This document shows, piece by piece, positions 43,571 through 64,000 of a stretch of DNA of 64,000 nucleotides; the stretch's first letter is position 1, and every line of letters starts with the position of its first letter. The stretch is from Zygnema circumcarinatum SAG 698-1b (lineage: Eukaryota; Plantae; Zygnematophyceae). The notes beneath the pieces are model-generated. The model made no database searches. It was not told the origin of the DNA and was given only the letters and a program-made list of their open reading frames with translations. The translations under genes and the position numbers were made by a program. The stretch spans positions 1,550,001-1,614,000 of the forward strand of contig CM074812.1 in NCBI GenBank assembly GCA_037447605.1, written 5' to 3'.

Positions 43571-46500
43571 ATGCCTTACCTCAACCCTGAGCCCACCTTT
43601 GAGCTTTCCGAAGAGGATGAGTACGAGCTCGACCAAGTATTGGCATTTTTTTTGGAGATGGACATCGACTGTGCCGCCGTGCGACCAGTCATCCTCGAAA
43701 CGCTGAAGGTAGGTACTATTTAATATAAAATTTACAACTTCAAGTTTCTTAAGCATTATTGCAGACACCCCTTTCGCTTGTATAAATCAAAACTGTTGAA
43801 GCTCTAAAGGGACATCTAAGTGCAATTCCAAGTTCTCATTCTCACTATTGACCTATAATCACATGGCCACATGCATGCATTGATGCAGAAGTATCATGGC
43901 GATTGGAAACTCGTCAAAGACAACTACTCCCGAGTGGTTTCACTATTTTTTGATAAGCAGCAATCTGCTGGCAAAGAGGTGAGCTTGTCAGTTTTCGTGA
44001 GAGTAAAATGGGAGGGGGCAGGGGGGAGGGGTCGACCTTCACTTTCTTTCTCAGTGAAATTTTCTACTGTTTTTGTACGTTTAAACTAATCGGTGGATTT
44101 CTGAACCTCTACTCATGTTCTCGATTTTGAGTTTTTGTGAATTATTAGGATGCCGACAAAACGAAACATCGTCACGGAGTTGATCCAGATGGGCACCCAA
44201 GAGCCTTCCAAAAAAGGCTTTCAAATGGGTCAAAGTTAACTCAGCATTCACCAAATAAACGTTTGAATGGAAAACCAGCAAACCTTAACTCTTCCAAGCA
44301 AAAGCCGGATGAGATAGATTACATTTCAAATCTCCGTAGACGGCAACGTGTGGAAGATAATTCAGATGAAGATGAAGCGAAGATACGTGAAGAGAAAAGA
44401 GGGAGCAAATTGAAAAGGAGCACACATTCCACAGCAGTTCCCATTACTACTGGGAGTGACAATGAGGAGGATTTCATGGGAAGGGCAGAAATCACAGCGC
44501 AGAAGAGGGTTCGGAAATCACTTCCTGAGGCTGAAGAGCGGCGTTTGGGAGAGAGCTTTGGAAGAAGAGAGAGAGAGAGGAAGAGAGAGAGGGAGTGGGA
44601 GAGACAGCGGAGCACATTTGACAACGTCGGTGAGGGAGATGAGAGTGGGAGGAATGGGAGAAGAGATGGAGGGAGAGAGAGTGCTTCTCCGCCAGACTTT
44701 GGAAGAGGTTTCGGAGGTAGGAGACCATGGCCAGCTCCTTCAAGAGGGGTAAGAGCAAGAGTAGGTGGGGAGGAAGGGAAAAGGATGGATGAGAGAGAGG
44801 AGGATAGAGAGAGGTTGGAGATACGCAGAACAGACCAGCTTGGAGGTGAGACGAGTGCGTATGTTGAACGGAGAGAGAAAGAGGGAGAAGATCTTGTGAG
44901 AGACGGAGCTGTGCCTCTAATAAAAACGAGAGGAGGAGTCATACTTGGATCTGGTCATCTCTCAAACGGTTTGTTGTTGAGGGGTGGGCAATCCTCCCCC
45001 TTGAAGGAAGCACAACTGGCGAGTCTGAAAGAGAGGGAAAGGGAGAAGGAGAAGGAGAAGGAGAGGGAGAGGGAGAGGGAGAAGGAGAGGGAGAGAGAGA
45101 GGGAGAGGGAGATGGAGATGGAGAGGGAGAGGGAGAGGGAGAGGGAGAGGGAGGGAGAGGGAGAGGGAGAGGGCGAGGGAGAGGGAGAGGGAGAGGGAGA
45201 GGGCGAGGGAAAAGGAAAGGGAGAGGGAGAGGGAGAGGGAGAGGGAGAGGGAGACGGAGACGGAGAGGGAGAGATTTTTTGAAAAGCGCCAGTCCAGCGG
45301 TGGCATAGAGGGTGGTACTGATGGAATGAGTCCATCAAATTGGAAGAGGGAACCGAAGCAATCTCAAGGAGCACGCAGATGTTGCCCTTTGTTGGACACT
45401 CGGCCTCGCCTCCGCCCCGCAGACCTCATCAAGTCTGCCTCTCGCACTGAGTGGGAGAAGGGAAACGAAAAACCTCCCACTTTCGAACTGAAAACGGAGC
45501 AAAGGAGGGAGCTTGGAACTCCGCCGACTTCATTAGGTCAAGTGCCGCCTTTACCCTCCGGCTTGTTTGTTCAACGGATGGTGCTTTTGGAGAAGGAGAA
45601 GGAGGAGGAGGAGAAGGAGGAGGAGAAGGAGAAGGAGGAGGAGAGGGAGAAGGAGGAGAAGGAAGACGGAACGGAGAAAGAAGATGTAGATGTCGTGGAA
45701 ACCGTTGTTTTAACGGAAGGTTATTTTCGCGGGGGAGAGCATACAGAGGCTGGAGGGTCTTGGAATCCATATCCTCCTTTAGGTGCTAATTCAAATGCAG
45801 GTATCCGCATTTCTGGCCCTAGATATCATACAATTGGGTTGGGGAGAAGAGTATTTGTATGCGATGAAGATTTAGGAGACGGTATGAAGTTCAGGAAGGA
45901 GCGAGGAATAGAAGAATTTTTCGGAGTGGAGGGAGATGGAGGATTAGTGTTGGGAGAACATCCTGATAATGTGTGGAGGAGAGGAGGCAATTCTCGTATG
46001 GCTACGAGGATTGGGGACTACATTGGGCGTGAGAACGGAAATGAGAAGGAAAAAGAGAAAGGCGAGAGAGAGGGAGAGGAGGAGACTGGAGTAGAGGAAG
46101 GAAGCTTGGGAGGGGTAGCTACTCACAGAAGGGTTGTGCCAGGAGGCGGAAGTGGAGGTAAGGGGCTCGTTTCTTTATGTATTTAGCATTTTGATATTCT
46201 TTATATGGTAGGCATCTTCAGTAAATTGGACTGTTGACTAATATCTTGCATTCGGAAAAAGAACTGAGCATAGGGAGAGGGAGGAGGAGGGGAGACACTG
46301 GACGTGGAGGTGGCTACGAAGAGAGTGAGAGAGTCAGGGAGGAGGGGAGTGTGAGAGAGGGCGAGGGCAACAGCGAGGGAGGGAGGTGGAGTGGGAGTAG
46401 GAGAGGGAGAATGCGAGGGAGGAGTAGAACACGGAGACACAGAGCGGAGAGGGGGCTGGAGATGCAGAGAGAGAGAGAGAAGTGGAAATGGAAATGTGGA

Positions 46501-49176
46501 GGCAGTGGAGGGAGAGGGGGGAAGAGAGAGGGAGAAGTAGTGAGTCGATTGGGGGGAAGGGTAGCGGTCGAGAAGGAAGCACATGGACCAAGAGGGGCAG
46601 AGATAGAGAGCGAGAGAGAGAGGGAGAGGGAGAGAGAGAAAAAAATAGAGATATTGATTTAGTAGATTGGAACTTGCAGGTGGGATTGGAGGTGAAAGAG
46701 TGGCCGTCACATTGACAGAGTCACGTCACGCCCCTTCGGATATCTCGAATGGCAGAGAGCCTGTCCCTATCCCGTGGGAGAATTTATACAATGATGAGAA
46801 ACCGCCAGATTCTTTCCATTATGTGAGAGATAGCCATGTGTGGGAGAAAGCTAAATTTGAACAGTAAGTAGAGCTCACCCAGAGGTCATTTTTTAATCTT
46901 CAGTTTTCTTAAGTCCAAAACATCTTGAAGCCAAAAAAGGTCCTAAAGGCTTTACCAGGAAGCCTAAATTAACCCTACATGGAATTCGAAATAACCTCAG
47001 CGTACCCTACAATCCCCTGAAGGAACTCGTAAGGGACCACTGAAGTACACTTAAAGAACCTTAAAATAACCAACAAAAGTTCTAGAAAACCATAGACAAC
47101 AATAGAAACACCCTAAATAACCCTTGCTTCCCTCTCCTCTCCCTCCCCTGCCTTCCCCGTCCACCTCCAACCTCCCCCCTNNNNNNNNNNCTCCCCCCTC
47201 CCCCTTCCCCCCTCCAGTTGCCTCGAACGTATGAGTGACGAAGACTTCTGCGAGTGCACCGGAAACTGCCTCAACGCTGAAGAGTGCTGCACATGTGTCC
47301 GCGAAACGCGAGGCTCCCACGCGTACACTCCCGCGGGCCTTCTAAAGGAAGAGTTCATACGGCGGGCGGCGAGGGAGAAGAGTGAGAGCGAGCAGATGGA
47401 GGTGCAGAAGTGTGTGGGGGAGTGCATAGGGAGCGGCTGCAGAGGGCACGTTTCGAGGATGTTTCTTAAGGAGTGTGGACTGCTCTGCAAGTGCAACCAA
47501 AAGACGTGTGGAAATCGCGTGGTTCAAAAAGGAGTGCAGCGAAGATTGAAAGTGAGTCTCTCTCTCTCTCTCTGTCTCTCTATCTCTCTTTTCTCTCTGT
47601 CGGTCTCTGTCTCTCTCTCTAGTGGTGTGAGGATGGGTGCCTCACTCAATCGTTCATGGAGACTCCATGCTAAATATCATCTAAACACGAAACACTTAGG
47701 GAAGATATTGCATTAGAAATTAGGGTCTTCGGTTAATTGCAAGCGTTCAGCAATCAAAGCATGCACTATGTGAAGTTTTAACTTGCCGTGTTCAATATTA
47801 ATAACCAGCAAACATGTTGGGGTTGCAGGTTTGCTTCACCAAAGAAGGAAAAGGATGGGGACTTTTTACGCAGGAGAGATTGCCTGCCGGAGCTTTTATT
47901 TGTGAATATGTGGGCGACATACTTACAAATAACGAGCTTTATGAGAGGATCAAGGCTAAGGAAGGGAAGGGAGAGAGAGGAATCCCCAGCCATACCTTCA
48001 CGATGCTTTTGGATTCTGATTGGGGGGTTGAACGGATGCACAGTGATGATGAATTGCTGGGCTTGGATGGAACTACACATGGAAATGTGGGTCGCTTCGT
48101 GAATCACCGGTGAGTAGGGGAGAGTGGGAGGGAGGAGGGAGAGTAAGGGAAGGAGGGAGAGGCCGAGGGAGAGGGGAAGGGAAGGAGACGAGAGAGGGAT
48201 GCGAAGACGGAAGGTGAGAGGAACGGGGGAGGCGGGAAAGAGAGAGAGAAGGGGTTGGCGAGAGATGGACAGAGGAGACGAGGGAGGGAGTGTCAAAGGA
48301 GAGGAATAAGGGAAGGTGAAGGGAGAGCGAGGGCGGGGAGGGGGAAACGAGAGAGGGAGGCGGACGAGAGAAAACAAAGGAGAAGGAGGTGGGCGAGTGA
48401 GTGGGAGAGAGGGAGGCAGGGAGGAGGGTGTTGTCGACTGAAAGGAAAGGGAGGCTGGGAGAAGGGAAAAGGGAGGAGGGAGGGGGAGGGAGGGAAGGGA
48501 GAGGGGCAAAGAGAGATGGGGAAGGGAGAGGACAGAGACAGTATGGAAGCTACACTTATATCTCTCGAGGGTATTAACACCTTTTGTTGGGGTGGGCAGC
48601 TGCCACGACGCCAATCTTATCGATGTTCCTGTTCTCATTGACAGCCCGGACAAGCTCTTCTATCACGTCAGTTTCACTCCTGGGCGAACTTCAAACTTTA
48701 GAATGTCGTGAATTCAGAAATGATAGAATCACTCAAGTGTAGTTAAGATAGAATCATGGTGATGTCATCTATGGTGATGTCAGCCCTGGTGATGTTTGGC
48801 ATAGTGATGTTGCAGGTGGCTTTTTTTACCAACAGAGAAGTGGAAGCCATGGAAGAACTCACATGGGTATGCACCCAAGCATGTTTTCTACTACTCACTT
48901 TTCGACTCTTTTTTAACCTCTTACAACGCTACTATTGTCTCCCCCATTTTTCCATTTCTGGTGCAGTCATTTTTTATTTGCATGTAGTTCCAATTGATTT
49001 CCAGTCTATTATATCATCTTCTATCATTTCCTTCAACAGGCAGACAGCTAATATATGATTAGCTTCTCTCGCAGGACTACCAAGCTGACTTTGAAGATAC
49101 GGGCCATCCAATTCCGGCCTTCAAATGCCAATGCGGGAGTGCCTCCTGTCGGGATAAATTCCGCTCAAGGATGTGA
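43571..49176 (+). CDS. SUVR4: SUVR1/2/4-type histone-lysine N-methyltransferase (WIYLD, pre-SET, SET, post-SET), about 1072 aa if one frameshift is corrected
   Basis: Exons: 43571-43708 and 43889-43978 (WIYLD-like VRPVILETLK/KYHGDWKLVKDNY), 44149-46157 (frameshift near 45153), 46719-46863 (DISNGREPVPIPW), 47218-47551 (Cys-rich pre-SET, CGNRVVQKG), 47829-48109 (KGWGL..FICEYVG..RFVNH), 48600-48666, 48816-48866 (EELTW), 49075-49176 (DY..FKCQCGSASCR, stop). The symbol indicates clade only. Confidence 0.88.
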
Positions 49177-50520
49177 AAAAAAAAAAAAAAAAAAAATGTC
49201 TTTTTGAGCCCTTTTTTTTTGTGCTAATTTTAGGTTCGTTAGTATCCAATTTGGGGGGGGGGACGCTTGATAAAAAATAAAAAAAATATATGGCCTTTGT
49301 TGTAAAAGAGGGATAAGGATGGTTTTTGAAGACTTTTGGCGATTTCTCAGTGCAGCTTTGAAGCTGCAACTTTTGGCCGTTAGGCACCTTTTAGGGTTTC
49401 TATGTACATAGATTGTGTACAGTTCTCATTGTTCTTTTGAGTTTTCAGGGTTCAATTTTTCAGTTTTTTTTGTGATGGAAGAGTTTTTTAGGGCTTTAGG
49501 GTTTTTAGGGCTTCCCCCTTCCCCCTCCCCCCTCCTTTCTTTTTTAGGGTTCGATTGCTTAAGCATCCTCCATCTCTTCAGAGGAAGAGGGCGCCTTTTG
49601 CTACCAGATATTGAAATAGAGTGAGTTATCCTTCCCTGAAGATGTTGGTGTAGGATTGTGTTGATTTCATTTTCAGCTTCTTCAATTTCATCCAAAGTTA
49701 ACCGGAGCTTTGAGGGAAAGCATAGGATGCTTGTGCTCCTATTCAACTTTGGAATAAAGCTTTTGGGGATAAGTGTGCTGTGCACTGAATGATGAAGATT
49801 GTTGAAAATGTCTAGGAAAGGAAAATTTTCTGAGGATGAAATTGAAGAAGTTGAGAAAGAAAGTAGTTAGCATGAGTCTCGCTCCAACATGTTTTGTAAG
49901 ATGTTCGTTGAGAACTAAAAGCCATTAATCCTTCCCCGAAGATGTTGGCGTGACGATGCACCAGCAAGACCGACCTAGTGGTTCTTACAATTAGACATGT
50001 TGCTATATTCTTTGTGTTTTAACACCTTTTAATTACATGTCTATTCTTCATCCAACGCATCTTCGTCTCTTTGATGCGAGAGCGAGGTTTCGTTTTTCCA
50101 TAATGAAAGCATTCGTAATCTTTAGACTCCTTAGGCTGCAAAATGGACTTCCAAAATCGCGTCAAGTTAACAAATACATTTCATATATGATGGATAGAGC
50201 AAAAACCCTAAAGAAAATCAGACCGGCGAAAAAGGTGTGTATCTAGCCACAAAAGGTGTGAAAATGGCATTTTCCTTTTTCGGTCTAAAGTACTGTACGG
50301 TGTCGTACGGTCGCACTCAGCACGTGCCGGACCGTTCAACGACCTCCTCACCGTTTTACAGCGTCCTGTTCTATGTCTACAGAAAAAACGCGAATTTCAC
50401 GAATCTCAAATAAAGCTGCTGCATAGAACACTCTTCTTGGCACAGATTATACATGGAACAGTCTTATTGAACACTATTGAGCATGGAGCAGCGTAAGAGA
50501 CTGCAACTGGTACATAGAAT

Positions 50521-50681
50521 GGAAGAATTTCAACGCAGCTTGAGCATAGAACGATATCATTAGAACGATATCAGAGCATGGAATGAAAATTTTTCAGCGC
50601 AACTGGAGCACGGAATGACATCATTTCAACGCAACTGGAACATGAAGCGACATCATTTCAACGCAACTGGAGCATGGAACG
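50521..50681 (+). repeat. 32-bp degenerate tandem repeat, about 4 copies, upstream of the kinase gene
   Basis: ACATCATTTCAACGCAACTGGA(A/G)CATG at 50618 and 50650, with more diverged copies near 50525 and 50590. Confidence 0.8.
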
Positions 50682-51620
50682 GGCGCATCCATGCGTTAGG
50701 GTTTGCAGCCCCCTTCCGGCGGTCCCCCTCCGGGCGGTTGGCAGCTCCTGCCAGGCGCTGTTCTACTTCCGGCCGGCGGTCGCTTCCAAGGAGGCGCTCC
50801 CTCCCGCCGTAGCCTCTCCCACTCCGCGAGGCTCCCACTTGCAAACCCTAACGGCCGTTCCATGCGCTCTGTTCCGTTCCTGGCATGATTCAGCCCGGGT
50901 GGCCTCCCTGAAGGTCTATCGGACGCCTCACACCCCTCTCCCTCTCTCTTCCCCTCTCTCTCTGCATCTCTCTTTCTCGAAACCACGCTCTCTCTGCCGT
51001 CTGTCTACCCAACTCCCTGCATATTTCCTTTTTTGTCAAAAAGAAAATATCCAAAAAGTGCAATTCTCTTCTCCATTCTCTCTCTCTCTCTCTCTCCCTC
51101 CCACGCTCTCCCTCTTTCCCTCTCTTTTCCCTCTTCCGTTCCCCCTCGCCCTTCTCGCTTCCCACTTCTGATCCCTCCCCTTCTCCTTCTCCTTACCTCT
51201 CCCTCCCTCTCCCACACTCCCTTCCCTCGTCCCTCCCTCCCTCCCTTACCGTTTCCCTCCCCCTCACTCCCCCTCACTCCCCCTTCCCCCCTCCTCTCGT
51301 CCTGCCTCTGTCCTGCTCCCTCTCCGTCTCTTCCCCTCCCTTGTCTTTCCCCCCCTCCCTTCTTCTCCTCTCCTCCCTTTCCGGCATGAGCGGTAGCACC
51401 TCTCCCGACCCCTCCCCTCCCTCCTCCCTCTCCCCTCCCCACCATGCAGTCTCCCACCCTTTTCCATACCTTCTCCGACTCAACTCTTGAACCAGCTTTA
51501 AACCTAAACAGGCAATTTTTTAGCGCAGAATTCGATTCTGCATTGAACAAAGGCTCCGAGAACATTTTAGTTTTACAACCGGCTGCGACGGACCCGAAAT
51601 CTTGTCTTTCAGAGGCGACA

Positions 51621-59921
<8,301 letters not shown>

Positions 59922-60940
59922 AAAATGGGAGCTAAGGATGGGATTCTGTATGAAAAGTCACTCCATAGAGTTCGGAATTTTCTCGTGGGACCATTTGATT
60001 CTCTTTCTCAATCCCTCCTTCCTCTCCTTCCTTTTCTTCTCCCTATCTTTCACCCTCTCTATCCTCCACCTCTCCCTCCCGCATTGTCACTCTCTTCCCC
60101 TCACCTCTCCCTCCTTCTCTCACTCTCTCTCTCGTACCCCCTCCTCTTCCGCTTTCCCATTTTCCCTGCCTTCTACTCCTTTCGTCCGCTTACTTTTTCA
60201 CTCTGCCTCTCCTTCTCCCCTCCGCGCCCCTCCCTCTCTTTCTTCCCCTCGCCCCCTCCCAATTAGGGTTTCCCCAATTTGATTAAAGCCCAGGAAGGTT
60301 CGGCTTCATTCTTTGTAGGAAATTGAGGCGGGGTTAGGGTTAGGGTTTAGGGTTTAACACTTAGAGCCATCTTTTGTGAATATGTTTGCCAGGGTTCAGA
60401 GGGCTACTAGGGAAAGCCCCTACGTCTAAAACCCCAAGTCCTGATCTATCTTCAAAGCCCGAAAACCCTACGACTAGACCCCTATGGAGAACCCCTTATG
60501 TCAAGGACCCTACAGAGGACGAGGGTAGGCTTAGAGCAGGGAGGGCCCAGAATGGTAAATTTTAGAGTGCTAAAAAAAAATGTTTGGAGAGTAGTTTTTA
60601 TAATTTGAGGGGTGGTATCAGTGTACGGATGTACGGACGGGTGTACGGCCGATGTACAGCTGGTGTACGGGTGGATGAACGGATGTACGGGAATTTGGGG
60701 AGGTTGTAGGAGGCAGCAACAGTTTTGGTGTATATACAAAAGTTGGTTTGCGTTGTGCTCAGAGAGCCGCCTCGATAAAGTCGCTTCACTTTAAAGGGTG
60801 GTTGTTGGTGTGCGTTTAGTTCTTGTTTGGTGTGTCGGAAATTTGTTGTTTCTAAAGAAAATACAAACAAACAAAACGAAAATGTGTACTATGTACATAT
60901 AGATGTTCATGTTTGTGGTTTTACTTTTGTGTCGTGTATC

Positions 60941-62097
60941 AACCCTAACCCTAATCTTAATCTTAACCCTACCTCTAATCCTATCCTAATCTTAACCTTA
61001 ACCCTACCCCTAACCCTAACCCTAATCTTAACCTTAACACTGCCCCTAACCCTAACCCTAATCTTATCCTTAACCCTACCCCTAACCCTAACCCTTAACC
61101 CTAACCCTAACCCTAATCTTAACCTTAACCCTACCCCTAACCCTAACCCTAATCTTAACCTTAACCCTAACCCTAACCCTACCCCTAACCCTAACCCTAA
61201 TCTAAACCTTAACCCTACCCCTACCCCTAACCCTAACCTTTACCCTAACCCTAACCCTAATCTTAACCTTAATCCTACCCCTAGCCCTGGGGGCGACTAT
61301 TTACAGTGTACGTTTTCTGAATGTAGTGTACGTTTTCGCCGGGCAGCAAAAAAATCCTTTTTTTGGTTGCCCGGCGCTGTTTCATACTTTTCAGAATAGA
61401 TACAGACCTTTTTTCGTCGGATGTACGGATAGTGATTTGAAATGTACGAAGCGCGCGCGTCTACAAGGTATAAGGGCGCAACTCGTGGAGCGACATGATT
61501 GGTCGCTGCAACATATGACGTGACAAGTATGTTTGGGACCGTGACGTGACGAAACGAGACGCGACAAGAGTGGAGTCCGCGGACGGCAGTCGGAAATGGC
61601 GGGAATTAAAACTGACTGAAACACGCTGGAGCAAACGTTCATTGAACTCGCGATGGCGAGGCCATCAAATGTACATGGATAAAGGCAAAATGTGGAACCA
61701 CGAAACACGCTACGTTATGTGCCCTATCTTTTTCTGTCAGTTTTAATTCCCGCCATTTCCGACTGCCGTCCGCGGACTCCACCTTTTTCGCTTCTCGTTT
61801 CGTCACGTCACGGTACCAAACATACTTGCCACGTCATAAGTTGCCGCAACCAATCAGGTCGCTCCACGTGTTGCGCCCTTATACCTTGTCGACGCGCGCG
61901 CTTCGTACATTTCAAATCACTATCCGTACATCCAACGAAAAAAGGTCTGTATCTGAAAAGTATGAAACAGCGCCGGGCAGCCAAAAAAAGGATTTTTTTG
62001 CTGCCCGGAGAAAACGTACACTACATTCAGAAAACGTACACTGTAAATAGTCGCCCCCCTAGCCCTAACCCTAATCTTAGCCCTAACCCTAACCCTA
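60941..62097 (+). repeat. Interstitial (CCCTAA)n-type array interrupted by a foldback element
   Basis: CCCTAA/CTTAA/CCCTAC units at 60941-61288 and again at 62059-62097. Confidence 0.93.
61289..62058. mobile_element. 770-bp non-autonomous foldback DNA transposon with about 330-bp terminal inverted repeats and an 8-bp TSD
   Basis: Arms 61289-61621 and 61731-62058 are reverse complements with roughly 15 substitutions and one 5-bp indel. Termini are GGGGGCGACTATTTACAG...CTGTAAATAGTCGCCCCC. CTAGCCCT lies on both sides (61281-61288 and 62059-62066). Confidence 0.92.
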
Positions 62098-62215
62098 CTA
62101 CTACAGGGTGGAAATTCATTGAAGGTAACATGTAACGCGTGACCCTATCAGAGCTTCCCTCGTGGACGAAATGCTTACTTGGCAAAACTCAAGTTTGTTG
62201 AACCGTGGGATCGGC

Positions 62216-62545
62216 AACCATTGGACAACGATTGGATGGCTAAAAACCGAATCAGTCGAATGGTTGCCAACCATTGGACCCAATTGTTTTGAACCATTCG
62301 AATGGTTGGCTCGCATTGGATCGGTACCATCGGACCCAATGGTTCCCAACCATTGAATTCAAGGTTATCAACGGTTGGAAATCCACCAAAATACACATAC
62401 GACCCAATCTTGAACCCGCCAATGGTTCCGGACCAATTTGAATGGTTGGCAACCATTCGATCCAATGTTGCCAATCATTGGATTCAACGGTTCCGAAGCA
62501 TTCGAATGGTTGGTTTCGGTCCTGCGCCAATGGTTGGCAACCATT
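62216..62545. repeat. Array of palindromic AATGGTT/AACCATT motifs
   Basis: About 13 exact heptamer hits in about 330 bp, often as AATGGTT-nnn-AACCATT or AACCATTCGAATGGTT. Confidence 0.8.
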
Positions 62546-64000
62546 CAAACAGTTGATCCGATGGTCTGACGACCTGTGCAATCTTGCATTCGCCGACGCC
62601 GTGGCCCAATGTTGGCCAAATTGGCAAACATGTATGAAAAAGGTGTAAAAACCCTAAAACCCCACAACCTTTAAAACCCTAAAACCCTAAAAAAGTCATT
62701 TTTCAGTGGTAGTCAATGGCTATGACTTTCCCTTCCGCGTTAGTCGACTAATGGCTACAACTTCCCTTCGAGATTCCTATTAGTCACAGTTAGCCAACTT
62801 CCGCAAGTACATTTGGGAGTCCCTTTCCATGTGAAAAAATGAGTGACAGTTCCATGGCCTGCGAGCATTTCGTAAACGGGCATCACATGGAAACCCAAAC
62901 CCAGAGTCCAATTTGCGGATCCACCAGAAAAGTAGATCCAACAGAACAATGGTTCCCGCGGACCAAGAACTGTTTACGGACCACCGACGTGATCGGACGG
63001 TACAGAATTGCTCAAATTATCTTAAACCTTAACAAAACGACAAAGACCATGGATTCCATTGACCGTACGGTAGATCTTAGAAAAAGTTGATCCATTTCTG
63101 TTCGGCTGCCACATGGCGAGCATACAGAGAGTGAACAAGTCGTGACAAAATCAGAAGGCGACAATTGTCCAATGCAGTGGCACTCTGCGATTGCGCCACG
63201 TGGCAATTTGTTGGCAAAAAATATCTAGGTCAAAAATTTTACAGCCGACAAAATGTTTTTTTGAGGGTCGTCCTCCAATTCTTCAACGAATGATGGGCCA
63301 TTTGTGAACTGAAACGTGTCCAATATGTCACGTGGCATAACACCATTTGAAGAAGAATGAAATTATTTTTTTAATAAGGGAGAAATGTCGCGAAAGTTTA
63401 TGGCTACAAAAACAAGAGCACAAAATGGAGAGATATATTTGGAAATTTTAAGGTCAGCTGGTTCGGGAAATTTTCCAAAAAAAGAGATCTCGCACGTGCG
63501 ACAGTCCGAGTACATTGGAGACACAAATCTGAAAAAAATATGATGAGCCTGGAATCCGTACAGAAACCATACAACCACTCGTAGACTAATAAGAGGGAAA
63601 AGAAGCAAGGGGGCTTGCTCAAATGTACGGCTTATGTACAAAAAGCGTACAATTCCTGTTAGCTGACAAGTCGACGGAGACCCAAAAGCTGGTGAGCTCC
63701 ACGCTCTTCGCAGTGTAGGGGCTGATTTCTTGAGAGGCTCTCTTCCACTGCCCCTCCCTCCCCCTTCCACTCCCACTCCCGGTCTTCCTCACTTTCTCCC
63801 TCCCTCTCCCTCCCTCTCTCCCTCTCTCCCTCTCCCATTCCTTCTCCCTCTCCCTCTCTCTCTCTTCCCTCCCTCTCTTCCTCCTTTCCTCTCTCTACCC
63901 ACTTTCCCTGCTCTTTTTTTCTCCCTTCAACTTCTTCTACACCCCTCTCTCCCACTCTCTCTCTTTCCCTGCCTCTCTCTGTCCCAACCTCTCTCCTCGT

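Noticed and set aside
50521-50681. CRISPR-like 32-bp repeats (also the 33-bp units at 55633-55746)
   Set aside because: Units are head-to-tail without unique spacers, there are no cas genes, and the context is eukaryotic.
60613-60621. TGGTATCAG resembling a tRNA-iMet primer-binding site of an LTR retrotransposon
   Set aside because: Only 9 nt match, with no TG...CA LTR pair and no gag/pol sequence nearby.
60941-62097. Chromosome end or telomere fusion
   Set aside because: The array is short, degenerate and flanked by unique sequence on both sides, and there is no head-to-head orientation switch.
61326-62135. Pair of similar ORFs (61391-61708 minus, 61692-62135 plus) suggesting duplicated genes
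   Set aside because: The similarity is a by-product of the foldback arms; there are no protein-family motifs.

Overview
Eukaryotic, plant-type genomic DNA; a streptophyte alga or early land-plant lineage is inferred from the gene families, GT-AG introns and TTTAGGG/TTAGGG tracts. It is a draft assembly with eight 10-N gaps. Five multi-exon protein genes were spliced by hand with consistent reading-frame phases: (1) a WD40 protein of the plant C2A9.03/DUF2415-like family on the minus strand (about 453 aa); (2, 3) two tandem, highly diverged MIP1-leucine-zipper/DUF547 paralogs (about 1336 and 1421 aa); (4) a WIYLD + pre-SET + SET + post-SET SUVR-type methyltransferase with an apparent frameshift inside a coding (GAGAGG)n tract; (5) an ACT-domain STY8/17/46-type Raf-like kinase (about 654 aa). 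Introns are dominated by GA/CT simple repeats and telomere-like repeats, which explains nearly all the long low-complexity ORFs in the track. The most notable observations are a probable GC-AG kinase intron built almost wholly of telomere-like hexamers and bounded by a CAGGC direct repeat; a 770-bp foldback element with an 8-bp target-site duplication inside a (CCCTAA)n array; a degenerate bacterial/organelle-style tRNA-Cys(GCA); telo-boxes translated inside a coding exon; several small inverted-repeat elements; and a 2.1-kb tandem duplication across a gap that is probably an assembly artefact. No CRISPR array, rRNA or intact transposase/reverse transcriptase was found. I cannot demonstrate a new biological system from this window; the telomere-repeat/intron link is the best candidate.
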